A DNA stretch of 63,545 nt, counting the filler, from Reticulomyxa filosa (taxonomy: Eukaryota > Protista > Foraminifera), in NCBI GenBank assembly GCA_000512085.1. It is 18 parts of 18 records of this genome, joined end to end, with 100 filler letters (N's around TTAATTAATTAA, not from the genome) between each part and the next. Parts side by side here need not be neighbours in the genome. Positions count along the whole stretch, not along the records: positions 62,340 to 63,545 come from ASPP01023206.1; 17 more parts are not named here. One strand, written 5' to 3'. This document shows, one piece after another, positions 62,381 through 63,545 of this stretch (its first letter is position 1; each line of letters begins with the position of its first letter). A program made the translations under genes and the position numbers. The notes under the pieces are model-generated. The model searched no databases. It saw nothing but the letters and a program-made list of their open reading frames with translations, and was not told the DNA's origin.

Positions 62381-63320
62381 TGATATTGTTACCATTGCGA
62401 CTATTGTGATTGTCAGCAGTGACAGCGTTGCGCTTAAAGTTATTGTCATTCGAAACGAGTTGTCGATGGCGCTTGTCTCCGGCAATGCTTGACTAACAGT
62501 GTCCACCCAATCATCTAAAGTCTTTTCGTCCATTCGTAAACGGGCCGCATTGGCATGCATCGCTTCTTTTAGTCTTTCTGTGTTCACTTTTCCGGCGTTG
62601 TCAATGTCCAATTCTTCGAAAATGTGTCGAATTGCGTGTTCTTCTTGTTGTATGAAGTGCTTTATTTGTTTAGTGGTGAACGAGTATTCGATTTGGATAT
62701 ATTTAAAAAGAAGAAAAAAAGAGACAAAAGTATAAGCAATGTGGCAAACCTCAAACTCAATGAAATCAATCTTGCCATCTTCGTTGACATCACAGCGATA
62801 AAAAAACTCCATTAATTGGTGCTCACTAACGGGGACTTTACTTTGTCGAACGGCGTTGAACAATGTTTTCATATCAATATAGCCTTGGCCGCCACTCCAA
62901 TCTTCGAACATTGCGCGCAATTCCTCGTCGGTTAATTCCAATGGTTTGTTGTTCCTTTCGCGTTCTGGCATGCGTGAACAAGACATATATATATACACAC
63001 ACATACAAACAAACAAACAAACAAACAAACAAACAAACGTGAAGTCTCACAAACCTTGAGTGCCATGGCCCAACCCATTGGTCGAAGAGAGAAATTGAGA
63101 AGACGGCGGTGACAAGCGTTGGGAGTAGTAATCATATTTCCGTTGAAGATTTTGCGTGTGGTAAAACCTTCGCAGTGACGTGGTACTACCCAACAGCACT
63201 TGCTTGCGAAATCCCTTAAACTCTATTGCTTTTCCTGCCGCTTCTGTTTCCTGTTTGTTTGGCATATTTATATTCAATGCGTGCTGTTCACATCCATTGT
63301 CTCATTTGAGGGATACACCA

Positions 63321-63352
<32 letters not shown>

Positions 63353-63490
63353 TAAGGAACAAAACGACTTGATTTTGCAAACACGTGGTCAACCCAGTTG
63401 ATATCAATGTCCCAAAAATAATGCAACGGTTGATATCGCTTTTTCAAACTGGCAATATGTTCACGAATTTCTTCCTTTGACACGATCTAT
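62370..63490 (-). CDS. EF-hand protein fragment (pattern resembles the N-terminus of Ca2+-binding mitochondrial carriers), with extra upstream exons
   Basis: LRAMFEDWSGGQGYID, CDVNEDGKIDFIEFE|HFIQQEEHAIRHIFEELDIDNAGKVN; truncated at both contig ends. Confidence 0.7.
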
Positions 63491-63545
63491 ACATTTGTCA
63501 TTTATCACAGACTTGTTTCTTTTGTACGTTTTTGTCAACATTCTG

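Noticed and set aside
1-63545. Alternative genetic code or stop-codon reassignment; tRNA/rRNA/snRNA genes
   Set aside because: TAA, TAG and TGA each terminate well-supported genes, and interruptions are explained by introns or indels. I saw no convincing RNA-gene signature; AAGTGTAGTA near 49013 lacks the rest of U2.

Overview
AT-rich, intron-rich eukaryotic (protist) DNA using the standard genetic code. It is not one locus: it is 18 contigs (1..26867 plus 17 short ones) joined by identical 100-bp artificial spacers (N44-TTAATTAATTAA-N44), so adjacency across a spacer means nothing. The style of the genes (decayed zinc-finger/WD40 copies, microsatellite-filled introns, homopolymer frameshifts) resembles the foraminiferan Reticulomyxa filosa draft assembly; that identification is an inference. 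Recognisable genes: RNF213-like C-terminus, HRI-like eIF2-alpha kinase, tandem double-GNAT protein, 2OG-Fe(II) dioxygenase, coiled-coil protein with two Mieap-like domains, PH-domain protein, NAD kinase, PIP5K, Gfo/Idh/MocA oxidoreductase (PTS1), CXIP4/SREK1IP1-like zinc knuckle, a large Cys-decapeptide repeat protein, an Hsp70-like relic, an AANAT-like GNAT (PTS1), a kinesin-3 with EF-hands, p24/TMED, DCAF13/Sof1 and an EF-hand protein. A non-autonomous Tc1/mariner deletion family appears at four places. Most notable: (i) unusual splice signals (mostly GTT donors, a GC donor, many A-rich acceptors with no pyrimidine tract, often with a U-rich 5' half); (ii) two intragenic duplications whose introns record their history; (iii) a split-FHA/EF-hand kinesin-3; (iv) the shared-deletion DDxD-type transposon. 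All family calls come from motif recognition by eye, not database searches.
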